Below are positions 1 to 8,429 of a stretch of DNA of 64,000 bases, piece by piece; within the stretch, counting starts at the first letter, position 1, and each line of letters opens with the position of its first letter. The DNA is taken from positions 372,001 through 436,000 of the IMG/VR virus record IMGVR_UViG_3300037297_000066; one strand, given 5' to 3'. The notes beneath the pieces were generated by a model, which searched no databases, was not told the DNA's origin, and saw nothing but the letters and a program-made list of their open reading frames with translations. Made by a program: the position numbers and the translations under genes.

Positions 1-2
1 TG

Positions 3-170
3 TTTCCTGTAGCTACGGCAGATCAAGGAGACGTTGTTGCCTACGGGATCATGGATGCTCTGACAGCCGGCAACCTACTTTACTGGGCTAACTTGAACGT
101 TGCCTACCCTGTCCAAACCGACAACCAGTGGAAGTTCCCTGTAGGGACTCTTTTGGTGATCGAGGATTGA
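3..170 (+). CDS. 5'-truncated small phage fibre/baseplate-associated protein (FPVATADQGDVVAYGIMDALTAGNLLYW...LLVIED)
   Basis: Manual translation from nt 3 to TGA at 168-170. The pattern FP.AT...G.V...GI.DA.T.GNLL.W is typical of small phage tail-associated beta-sandwich proteins. Not in the ORF track. Confidence 0.6.
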   Translation, partial: FPVATADQGDVVAYGIMDALTAGNLLYWANLNVAYPVQTDNQWKFPVGTLLVIED

Positions 171-171
171 T

Positions 172-1197
172 ATGGCCCAAGCGACTATCCAGATCACTCA
201 AGGCGCAATCGTTGGCGGATCGGGGCAATCCATCATCGGCTTCGATACGACTACGGATGTGACCCTTACGGATGACGGTGGGGCAGGGGCCACCAGCTAC
301 CAATGGGAGGTTGTGTCCTATCCAGCTCCTCTAGCGTCCCCTCCAACCATCAATGACGATACAGACCAGGTGGCAACCATCACGGACGCGCTTCTTGATG
401 GGGTCTACGTGATACGTCTGACTCGGAATGACCCTGTGGACGGGGTCACGACCGATGTACGGTTCTTTGCGGTAGCCGACGAAGACGGGCTCAGCCTTCC
501 CTCATGGGGGATGAACCGTAACATGTCCAACGTGGGAGGATCCGTTGCTGCTCAGTTGGCTGGTTGGTTTGGTTCTGAGGCAGCGAGCACCAACGTTTTC
601 CTGGACGCCTACCTGCGAGACCTAAAAACCAAGGTCAAGCTAGTTCTTCCCGAAGCTCCCACGGACAATAGCAAGCTCACGTTCGCTTACAATGGGGGTT
701 CGGTCTTTGCTGCAGGGATCAGTATCATTGATCCCACGGGAGCACAGAACGGTCTCGTGCTCTCTCGGATAGAGTCTACGGAAGGGCTTGTCTTCCAAGC
801 GGGGGACATCACTGGGGCTGCGGGCAGTTCTGTGACTATCCAGGCTGGCTCTGTCTTGGCTGGGGACTTCAACGGGGGTGACGTGGTCATCTCTAGTGGA
901 GCGGGCAACGGGGCTGGAGTGGAAGGATCTGTCACCTTGAACGTGGCTTCTGCGGAGATGGTCAAGTGCAGTGCCGTAGGAATCGGCTTGTATGGGGCTG
1001 ACCCGGTTCCTCAGGCGGATGACCCGGGGGAGATTGTAGACAACACTGGGGGCTCCACAGCGGGTCCCTTGGAGGATGTGGGGGCGACTTTCAACCAGAC
1101 CACCCTCAATAACAACTTGGCTTTGTTGGCCGATGGGTTTAACAAGATACGAGCCATCCTCTCTGAAGGCTCGGGTGGGATGGGCGTCTGCAAATAG
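172..1197 (+). CDS. Short fibre/decoration protein, paralog of the N-terminus of the long fibre at 53261
   Basis: PKD/Ig-like N-terminus (SYQWEVVSYP...GVYVIRL), Gly-rich beta repeats and a C-terminal helix. Aligns by eye with 53261..54950. Confidence 0.6.
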   Translation: MAQATIQITQGAIVGGSGQSIIGFDTTTDVTLTDDGGAGATSYQWEVVSYPAPLASPPTINDDTDQVATITDALLDGVYVIRLTRNDPVDGVTTDVRFFAVADEDGLSLPSWGMNRNMSNVGGSVAAQLAGWFGSEAASTNVFLDAYLRDLKTKVKLVLPEAPTDNSKLTFAYNGGSVFAAGISIIDPTGAQNGLVLSRIESTEGLVFQAGDITGAAGSSVTIQAGSVLAGDFNGGDVVISSGAGNGAGVEGSVTLNVASAEMVKCSAVGIGLYGADPVPQADDPGEIVDNTGGSTAGPLEDVGATFNQTTLNNNLALLADGFNKIRAILSEGSGGMGVCK

Positions 1198-1244
1198 CTT
1201 TTCAGGCTGAGCCTGAAAGATGAGCATCGAATCACGAGGTAATC

Positions 1245-1673
1245 ATGCCAAGTCTGCGCAAAATTGAAGTTCCCAAACCCTTGAAAATGGTCGTCAACAA
1301 AGAAGAACAAGAGTTCGGTCTTTTTGAGCTGATTGAGCACTTCGTGAGGACTCAGTCGGCTTACAACGACGATGGAGCGGGCATCAAGTCAGCTTTGGTT
1401 TTGCTGGACAGGATCGAAAAGGCCAGGAAGGAAGCCGAAGAGCTGAAGAAGAGTCTTTCAATGAAGGAAGACGGAGAGGAAGCGGCCCAGGAGCTCACGC
1501 CGAAGCCTATGATTTTGGATGAAGAAGACTACCAACGCCTTCTGAAGACGATCCAGAAGCCTCACAAGCTCCGCAACCAGATGACTGGCGAGATGGTGTC
1601 TGGGTACCCCATTACCCCGGCCCACATTTTCGGGGATTACATCAAGGCAGTCGAAGAGGCTGAGAAGATCTAG
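1245..1673 (+). CDS. Hypothetical protein, possibly a fibre assembly chaperone
   Basis: 142 aa, charged and helical, GAGG Shine-Dalgarno, directly follows a fibre-like gene. Confidence 0.4.
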   Translation: MPSLRKIEVPKPLKMVVNKEEQEFGLFELIEHFVRTQSAYNDDGAGIKSALVLLDRIEKARKEAEELKKSLSMKEDGEEAAQELTPKPMILDEEDYQRLLKTIQKPHKLRNQMTGEMVSGYPITPAHIFGDYIKAVEEAEKI

Positions 1674-1682
1674 TGAGGGTAG

Positions 1683-2507
1683 ATGGCCTACGGGCAAGGT
1701 GAGTATGGGCAGATAGGGTACGGCGGCTCCTCTTTGGAGTCTGGCGGCCCTGCTCTGACTTTCTTTGATCCTTCAGAGGCCGAAGCCATCACTCAAGACG
1801 ACCCTTTGGAGTTCGTTGTTGAGTCTCCTGCTGAACTGGACGTCTTCAGTCTGAATCTAAGCCTGGGTGGGAAACAGGCTATCGTAGGTGGTGTGTTCCT
1901 CTCTGGGTATGAGGGGAGCATCACCTACGATCCTGAGACGAAAGTCGTCATCACCATAGAGAAACACCCTGACTTTCTGTCGAACACGGAAGTCAGCATC
2001 ACCATCACCGATCTGGCAGGGAACACAGATACCCTCGGGTACAACCTGTTGGTTCCCAATCCAATCGTTGGGCATGCAACCGTAACCGCTAGTCCAACGA
2101 TTGAGACCAGTGTTCCTGTTCGGGCCATTGTTTCGGACCCCAAGACTTTCTCGTACATGCAGAGGTTTCAACGGGGGGATCTGCCCATTCACTTCAGCAC
2201 GGCTCAGGGGTCCTATGTGCCGGCAACGGTCAGCTACACCCTCTACCAAGTCCGTGAGGATGGGACTCGGAAGCGGGTAGGGCCTCGTAACAGAGTTCCT
2301 GTGGCGGGGACCTTTGGGGAGTTCTATGTAACCGGAAGAGCTGGTGAAAGTGGACAGCCTGGGCGGTGGGTAGTCAAGTGGGAGTACCAGCGAAACTACT
2401 CATACCCCGTGGAAGAGAAAGAGATGGCATTTCAGGTCGTGGATGCAGCGACTTTGAACTGTCCTCTCGATACGACTCCACGTTGCAGAAGGTACGGGTG
2501 GAACTGA
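1683..2507 (+). CDS. Virion structural protein with GYG-rich N-terminus and Ig-like domains
   Basis: Starts MAYGQGEYGQIGYGG; Ig-like ITDLAGN motif; C-terminal domain resembles the N-terminal domain of 2906..3799. Confidence 0.55.
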   Translation: MAYGQGEYGQIGYGGSSLESGGPALTFFDPSEAEAITQDDPLEFVVESPAELDVFSLNLSLGGKQAIVGGVFLSGYEGSITYDPETKVVITIEKHPDFLSNTEVSITITDLAGNTDTLGYNLLVPNPIVGHATVTASPTIETSVPVRAIVSDPKTFSYMQRFQRGDLPIHFSTAQGSYVPATVSYTLYQVREDGTRKRVGPRNRVPVAGTFGEFYVTGRAGESGQPGRWVVKWEYQRNYSYPVEEKEMAFQVVDAATLNCPLDTTPRCRRYGWN

Positions 2508-2902
2508 TGGATAACCTCTCCAAGCGAATCGCATTTCGTTACCAGGAGGCCAACAGCCCCCTCAACCAAGACTTCTGGATGTCTCAAGACGACATACGGG
2601 AGCTCTGCCCAGCCTGTGCTGACCGGATGGCTTCGTTGAACATCCGACAGGTCAGGGCCTCGGTCTTCTTCTCCAATGCCTCTGAGCTGGCAGGTCTGAA
2701 GACAGCCAAAGGGTGGAAGTCTCTTCCCAAAGGGTGGACTCAAGACTCTCTCAAGAGCATGTGGGAGACCATCACTGGGGACGTGAAGCACAAAGTCACG
2801 AAGTGCATCAAGAAGATGGAGGGCAAGGTCGATGACCCTGGGGCCTTCTGCGCTTCGTTGGCTGACAAGATGGAGCCTGGGTGGAGAAGCCGTAGGGACT
2901 AA
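2507..2902 (+). CDS. Small Cys-containing protein, candidate head-internal protein
   Basis: Start more likely the ATG at 2507 (TGATG coupling) than 2366. Motifs KRIAFRYQEA, CPAC and CIKKMEGKVDDPGAFCA. Confidence 0.5.
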   Translation: MDNLSKRIAFRYQEANSPLNQDFWMSQDDIRELCPACADRMASLNIRQVRASVFFSNASELAGLKTAKGWKSLPKGWTQDSLKSMWETITGDVKHKVTKCIKKMEGKVDDPGAFCASLADKMEPGWRSRRD

Positions 2903-2905
2903 TCG

Positions 2906-3799
2906 ATGTCAGTCGCATTCTACAGAGGGCAACAGCTGGGTTGTGAAGACCTGAACATCTACCTGGAGAACGCCTCTGGGACTCCTACCAATGCGGCCGA
3001 GATCTGGTACTCCCTTCACGATGTGACCACGGGGCAAGAGGTGTTGTTGGGGGTTCCTCGTCGATCTCCTGTCAACCCTTCCGTGGGGCACTACTACGCT
3101 AGTGTGATCATCCCTCTTGATGCGAACATTGGGAACTACCGGGTGAGGTGGTTCTTCCGGGAAACGGTGGGGGGTCCCATTCACGAAGTGGTCCAGGAAT
3201 TCTCGGTCATCGACAAGGCAACGTGTCCTACCACTTCCTACACGGATTGTGAGACGGACATGATTCGTAGGTTGAGGATTCTGCTCCGAGACAACAATCC
3301 TGACCGAAACTACCATTTCAGACCCCCTACCCACGAAGCCACGATCAACCAGTACAACCAGGTCTTCGGATTCATTTGGGAGGATGAGGAGCTTCAGGAG
3401 TACCTGGCTAGGGGCATGGACATGATCATTGCTGCCCCGCCCAGGACTCCCTTCGCTTCCTGTGATCAGCTGGTGCAGTGTCGCCCTGAGTGGAGGACTC
3501 TCCTACTCAATGGGGCTATGATCCATGCTCTCTTGGCCTTGCAGATCAACTGGATTGCTGACGAATTCGACTACAGCATCGGGGGCGTGAGTCTGACCAT
3601 CGACAAGTCGAGCAAGTACGAGAGCGCCTACAACAGTGTCAAAGACATGTTCAATGACCAGTTGGAAAAGGCCAAAAGCACGGTCAAGATCGTTCGAGGA
3701 CTGCAGCAGCCTCGCTACGGTATCGGAATTCGCTCGTCTTTCGGCCCTTACACAGGTCGGGGTGTGTTGAGTCCTCGAAAGTTTGTAGGTTTCGGTTGA
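2906..3799 (+). CDS. Putative head-tail adaptor (neck protein 1) with N-terminal Ig-like domain
   Basis: Helical connector-like core (IRRLRILLRD...WEDEELQEYL...YSIGGVSL) and position upstream of terminator and sheath. Confidence 0.55.
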   Translation: MSVAFYRGQQLGCEDLNIYLENASGTPTNAAEIWYSLHDVTTGQEVLLGVPRRSPVNPSVGHYYASVIIPLDANIGNYRVRWFFRETVGGPIHEVVQEFSVIDKATCPTTSYTDCETDMIRRLRILLRDNNPDRNYHFRPPTHEATINQYNQVFGFIWEDEELQEYLARGMDMIIAAPPRTPFASCDQLVQCRPEWRTLLLNGAMIHALLALQINWIADEFDYSIGGVSLTIDKSSKYESAYNSVKDMFNDQLEKAKSTVKIVRGLQQPRYGIGIRSSFGPYTGRGVLSPRKFVGFG

Positions 3800-3831
3800 T
3801 ACCTAACCCCTTTGTGGGGTAAGGCTTTCGT

Positions 3832-4167
3832 ATGCCCGATGAGTCCAAGAAGAAACTGACTGTCAAAGATCCTGTTCCTAAGGAAGTGCTGGTTGTGTTG
3901 GAGCAGCTGGCTAAGGCTCGGGGGTCCTTGGCTGACCAGCTACTGGAGATGGAGCAGCGGAGGATCACTTTTTTGGCAGCTGCCAAAAGGGTTGAAGACC
4001 AGCGGAAAGCAGTTTTCGAGGAGATCTTGACTTCCCGAGGGCTGGCTCCCGGGACCCCTGTTAACATCTCCAGCTCGACTGGTGAGATCACTCTGACGAG
4101 CCCTCCTGAGGGAGGTCATCCAGAGGAAACGTCTTCGGAGGAAACGCCTTCGGAGAAAACGCGCTGA
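3832..4167 (+). CDS. Hypothetical coiled-coil protein
   Basis: 111 aa with heptad-like centre and acidic tail. Confidence 0.5.
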   Translation: MPDESKKKLTVKDPVPKEVLVVLEQLAKARGSLADQLLEMEQRRITFLAAAKRVEDQRKAVFEEILTSRGLAPGTPVNISSSTGEITLTSPPEGGHPEETSSEETPSEKTR

Positions 4168-4205
4168 GTGAGCTTTCCTTTTTTGGATTCCCTTGAGGGG
4201 AATCC

Positions 4206-5582
4206 ATGCCCTACGCTACTCAGCGAGACAGAGATCCGCACCAGCTGGAAATTGAGAGCTCCCCTTACCCGGTCTCTCCGTTGAATTTGTCCATGACTTC
4301 TGGCTACGAGCCGGGGGTCATCAATTTGACGTGGGATGACGCGGCCCAACTGTTTCAGAATTCTCGGTTTCAGATCATCGGGGTCAACGTTTGGAGGTCT
4401 TTCGACAGCGAGTTCGGTCCTTACGATCGGGTCACGACCTTGCCGGTGGGATCTAATTTCTGGCAGGACCGTACAGACAACGTGCTGATTCCAGCTGAGG
4501 ATGTTTCGGATTCGTTCATCCTCAGAGGAGTTAACTCGACCGGATCGGACTACGGTAGGTACGTATTTCAGACCCAGTATCCTATCGTGAAGGCAGGTTC
4601 CCAGGCGATACCGGCAAACAGTCCTGATGATGTGTTGGTGATGGTGGATGGGGTCCAGGCTCGGGTAAAGCGAGTTGATGGGTTCGCCAAAGAAGTCGAG
4701 CTGGATACCACCAAATACTACAACACCGAGAAGCAGAACCAGGATACCCCTGTCTATCCGGGGGACAACAGCGTGGTCACCTGTGCCTATCGGTACAACC
4801 GAACGCTTCTGAAGACAGACCTAGCACAAAGGGTCTTCTACAGAGTTACCACGGTAGGTCTTCCTGAGGCTTCTGATCTGTCGGCCGCTTGTTGTGAGGA
4901 TCTTCGGGAGACGCCTTTGGAGCGGGCTCCTGTGACCAGCACCTCAGAGATTGAGAAGCTGGACTACATCTGGAGGGAAGGTATTCGACGCAATCGTTGG
5001 ATTCTGTTCCAGGGGGGCGAGCGAGTGAAGGTCTTCATCAAGAAGCATGTAGGGCCTATTTGCCCATGCCGAGGTCCTCACTACGAGAGTTTTCATCAGC
5101 CCAAGAATGATTGCGAGCTGTGTTTTGGGGCGGGTATTTTGGGAGGGTATGAAGGCCCCTACGATATCATCATTGCTCCTGACGATGCTGAGCGTAGGAT
5201 TGCTCAACGGGACGTTGGTCGAACCGTGGAACATACCTACGAGGTCTGGACGGGTCCTTCCCCTCTCCTAAGCCAGAGAGACTTCTTGGTTAAGATCAAC
5301 GGGGAGCGCTACTCAATTGGAGCCGTACGGTTTCCGTCCAATCGAGGAATGGTGTTGCAGCAGCATTTCAATATCAGCCGTTTGGACGAACAGGACATTC
5401 GTTACAGGGTCCGGGTAACGGCTCCTTGTGGGGTGTCTGCCAACGTGGCGGGAGTTGGTCGAGCTCTTCCTGGCATACCTCCTGGCAGTAATGCGTCTGT
5501 CCCCCTCACTGAGAAGTGCAACATTCCTAATGAGCGTGAGATCAGAGGCCGCACTGTGACCTGGAAGAACATCACGTTCTGA
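4206..5582 (+). CDS. Putative head-closure protein (neck 2) with FN3-like N-terminus and CxC...CxxC Zn site
   Basis: FN3-like INLTWD/GVNVWRS/FYRVTTV; C-terminal GERVKVF...CPC...CELCFGAG...DFLVKINGERYSI beta-barrel pattern; synteny. Confidence 0.55.
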   Translation: MPYATQRDRDPHQLEIESSPYPVSPLNLSMTSGYEPGVINLTWDDAAQLFQNSRFQIIGVNVWRSFDSEFGPYDRVTTLPVGSNFWQDRTDNVLIPAEDVSDSFILRGVNSTGSDYGRYVFQTQYPIVKAGSQAIPANSPDDVLVMVDGVQARVKRVDGFAKEVELDTTKYYNTEKQNQDTPVYPGDNSVVTCAYRYNRTLLKTDLAQRVFYRVTTVGLPEASDLSAACCEDLRETPLERAPVTSTSEIEKLDYIWREGIRRNRWILFQGGERVKVFIKKHVGPICPCRGPHYESFHQPKNDCELCFGAGILGGYEGPYDIIIAPDDAERRIAQRDVGRTVEHTYEVWTGPSPLLSQRDFLVKINGERYSIGAVRFPSNRGMVLQQHFNISRLDEQDIRYRVRVTAPCGVSANVAGVGRALPGIPPGSNASVPLTEKCNIPNEREIRGRTVTWKNITF

Positions 5583-5588
5583 TTACCT

Positions 5589-6101
5589 ATGCGGCCTCCT
5601 AAAGTCAAAGTTGGCCGAGTCAACCTCAAGCCTTTGCTCCCTCCCGGGAGTCTGGAGACATTTGATGCTCAGAAGGTCCTTCGGTCTATTTCCAGGGAGG
5701 TGGTGAAGCAGCTCAGAGACAAAATCCTTCAGGAGCCTTTCTCGGACCGGGCCAAAGTAGCGTTGAGCAAGGCCATAGGTGTCACGGTGGGGCCCCGGAG
5801 CATCACTATCACAGCCAAGCACCCGGCCTTCAAGCCTCTACTGGAGGGACGCAAAGCCAGACAGATGACCTGGTTGACCAAGGCTAAGCGCCCCATTCCC
5901 ATCATCACAGAGGACGGTGAGCTGATCTTTCGTTCGGCTACTCCTCGATCGATGCAGAGGGGCAGTTGGTATCATCCTGGAAGGTCTCCCACGACTGTCA
6001 TTGAGCGTGCCCGAAAGGAGGCTCGAAAGAGCGTAAAGAAGAGAATAGTCAAGGCTTTAGCTAGCCACGTACGTAAGACGTACAAGAAGGGATCCAGATG
6101 A
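5589..6101 (+). CDS. Basic neck/tail-completion-like protein
   Basis: Very Lys/Arg-rich, with LEGRK...WYHPG; lies between neck genes and terminator. Confidence 0.45.
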   Translation: MRPPKVKVGRVNLKPLLPPGSLETFDAQKVLRSISREVVKQLRDKILQEPFSDRAKVALSKAIGVTVGPRSITITAKHPAFKPLLEGRKARQMTWLTKAKRPIPIITEDGELIFRSATPRSMQRGSWYHPGRSPTTVIERARKEARKSVKKRIVKALASHVRKTYKKGSR

Positions 6102-6102
6102 A

Positions 6103-6654
6103 ATGAGTGGTGGTATGGTTGTTTTGGGCAACGTCACGGGGACTCACTTGATAGAGGATATTCAGGTGTCTGTGCCTTATCAGGTGGCTGTGACGCTCAC
6201 ACAAGAAGACGTTGTAAGGTCTCGTGACTTGTGGGTTGCTCTTCAGCAGAGGTTCATAGTCAAGCTCCGAGATTTTCGTCAGGTACCGAATCCTCCTAGA
6301 TCGAATAATGCAACCTCGGCAGATTCTTCAGATCTGTTGAGACTGCAAGAGGAGAATCGGAAGCTTCAATCCGAGCTGAGGCAGTCGAATCAGCGGACCG
6401 ATGGTCTCGAATACAAGCTGGATGCCATCCTAGCGGCCCTAGGAAAGCTTTCTACGGTATCCCCTAGGGGAGAGACCGCTCCCGTTGAAAAGCCTCTCAG
6501 TGAGGCTGTGGGGGGTGACACGCCCATGTTCCTTCCGGAGTTTTCAGGGACTGAGTCGGAGGCTCGTATCAAGGTCAAAACTCAGCAGGAGGAGAGTGGC
6601 AGGGTACAGGAGGCGGCCGCTCTGCTGAGGAGGCTTCGCCAGCAAGAGAAGTGA
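6103..6654 (+). CDS. Coiled-coil protein with C-terminal amphipathic helix; candidate actin adaptor
   Basis: Coiled coil LQEENRKLQSEL...LDAILAAL, a linker, then terminal VQEAAALLRRLRQ. Confidence 0.5.
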   Translation: MSGGMVVLGNVTGTHLIEDIQVSVPYQVAVTLTQEDVVRSRDLWVALQQRFIVKLRDFRQVPNPPRSNNATSADSSDLLRLQEENRKLQSELRQSNQRTDGLEYKLDAILAALGKLSTVSPRGETAPVEKPLSEAVGGDTPMFLPEFSGTESEARIKVKTQQEESGRVQEAAALLRRLRQQEK

Positions 6655-6689
6655 TTCTTTTGATAGCGTTGGAATGACAGAGGTACGTT

Positions 6690-7382
6690 ATGGATCCCAA
6701 ATGGAAGGCTGTTTCCGTCCCTACCAGCAAGACGGCTTGTTCCTGTGACTCTGGAAAAGCTAAATGGCCTTCCAGTTTGGAGGCAGTGTGGCAGAATCCC
6801 ACTGCTTACGACGCTTTGGAGGACGGCCCTTCCTACATGCCCACGAAGACAGCCAGTACAACGGATCGGGCGGCTGTAGCCCGAATGGTTCAGGCCAATA
6901 CGTACGCTGGGCAAAAGTTGGCTGACGAGGTGGGGGGAACCAGGTTAGTATCTCTGCTGACGGTCATGAAGGCTTTGTACCTGATCCACCAGACTCATCA
7001 CTGGAGGACCAACGGGGCGTCCTACTATGCGGACCATTTGTTGTTCCAGCGGATCTACGAAGAGTCTCTGGAGTACATCGATGGGATGGCAGAGCGGGCT
7101 ATAGGGACGTCAAACAACCCTTGGGTGATCTGTCCTATGAAGTTGGCCAAAGGTCAGCTCAATGTCGTACACTTCTTCTGTGAGGGCAATTCTCAACCGA
7201 GCCCTGAGCAAATGGTCAACATCAGCCTCAAAGCGGAGCTGGCTTTCTTGGCTTTTCTGAAGCAGGTTGTAGAGGCTATGAGGCAAGAGGGAAGCTCGAC
7301 GGATGGCGTTGAGGACCTGATTCAGGGAACCGCCAGTAAGCATGAAGAGTTCGTTTACCTGCTGCAGCAGCGGTCCAGGTAA
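6690..7382 (+). CDS. dps: Dps/ferritin-like protein with N-terminal extension
   Basis: HQTHHW...G..YYADHLLFQRIYEE....IDGMAER matches the Dps ferroxidase signature. Confidence 0.75.
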   Translation: MDPKWKAVSVPTSKTACSCDSGKAKWPSSLEAVWQNPTAYDALEDGPSYMPTKTASTTDRAAVARMVQANTYAGQKLADEVGGTRLVSLLTVMKALYLIHQTHHWRTNGASYYADHLLFQRIYEESLEYIDGMAERAIGTSNNPWVICPMKLAKGQLNVVHFFCEGNSQPSPEQMVNISLKAELAFLAFLKQVVEAMRQEGSSTDGVEDLIQGTASKHEEFVYLLQQRSR

Positions 7383-7417
7383 AATCCAAATCCAGAATAC
7401 ATCAGACGAGGATACAG

Positions 7418-8428
7418 ATGAGCAAGAAAGAAGAAGGGCTTACTCTTGGGGTAGGTCTAGACATCGGGACCATGAACCTTGTAGGGGCCCGGGAGGTGGA
7501 AGGCAAGACCGTCTTCACACAGGTACGGGACGCCTTTCTGGACCTTGATCCGGAAGCGAAACGATCTCTCAAGATGTCGGGAGTGAACTTTCTGGAGAGC
7601 AACGGGTCCTTGGTGGTGGTTGGGGACAGTGCCTTGACCATGGCCAACCTTTTCAAGAGGGAGGCTCGTCGTCCTTTGAGTCGAGGGGTGATCTCGGCTG
7701 GGGAACTGGATGCTCAAGAGATCTTGAACGTCTTGTTGCTTGAAGTGGTGGAGCAGGCCCGGGAAGAGGGGGAGCACTGCTTCTACTCAGTTCCTGCGCC
7801 GCCTCTTGATGATCCAGGTCAAGACATCATTTTCCACACTGAGATCTTTCGTAAGATCATCAGGGGGCACAAGTACACGGCGCATCCAGCCAACGAGGCG
7901 ATGGCCATCATCTTCAGCCAGTGCGTTGAGGAGCAGTTCTCGGGTTTGGCGGTGAGTTTCGGGGCCGGGATGTGCAACGTGGCCTTGGCCTACAAGGCTG
8001 CTTCTGGAATGGAATTTTCCTTGGCTCGGGGAGGAGACTGGGTGGATTCTCAGTCGGCCCGAGCGGTGGGCAAGACTGCTAGTCAGATGTGTGCCATCAA
8101 GGAAAAGGGAGTGAACCTGGCTCAACCTCAAGGTAGAGAACAGGAGGCTCTGGCTCTCTACATTCGCTCTTTGATCAACTACTGTCTCCAGAACATCGTT
8201 GCTCAGTTCAAGAAGGTTCGAAACGATGTGTCGTTGCCTGATCCGATCCCCTTTATCGTTTCGGGAGGATCTTCGATGGCCGGCGGGTTCTTGGAGTTGT
8301 TCAAGGATGAGTTCCAGCAGGTCAAAGGGTTCCCCATCGAAATCAGTGAGATTCGAGCAGCCGCCGATCCCATGACAGCCGTGGCCGAGGGGTTGTTGGT
8401 GCTCGCCAAGCAGGAACACGAAGAGTAG
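7418..8428 (+). CDS. Actin-fold ATPase, volactin/salactin-like
   Basis: Phosphate-1 GLDIGTMN, connect NEAMA, phosphate-2 VSFGAGMCN, ARGGDWVD, adenosine VSGGSS, connect-2 DPMTAVAEG. Confidence 0.9.
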   Translation: MSKKEEGLTLGVGLDIGTMNLVGAREVEGKTVFTQVRDAFLDLDPEAKRSLKMSGVNFLESNGSLVVVGDSALTMANLFKREARRPLSRGVISAGELDAQEILNVLLLEVVEQAREEGEHCFYSVPAPPLDDPGQDIIFHTEIFRKIIRGHKYTAHPANEAMAIIFSQCVEEQFSGLAVSFGAGMCNVALAYKAASGMEFSLARGGDWVDSQSARAVGKTASQMCAIKEKGVNLAQPQGREQEALALYIRSLINYCLQNIVAQFKKVRNDVSLPDPIPFIVSGGSSMAGGFLELFKDEFQQVKGFPIEISEIRAAADPMTAVAEGLLVLAKQEHEE

Positions 8429-8429
8429 C

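Noticed and set aside
2366-2506. ORF-track N-terminal extension of the 2507 gene
   Set aside because: It overlaps the upstream gene; the TGATG-coupled start at 2507 is more plausible.
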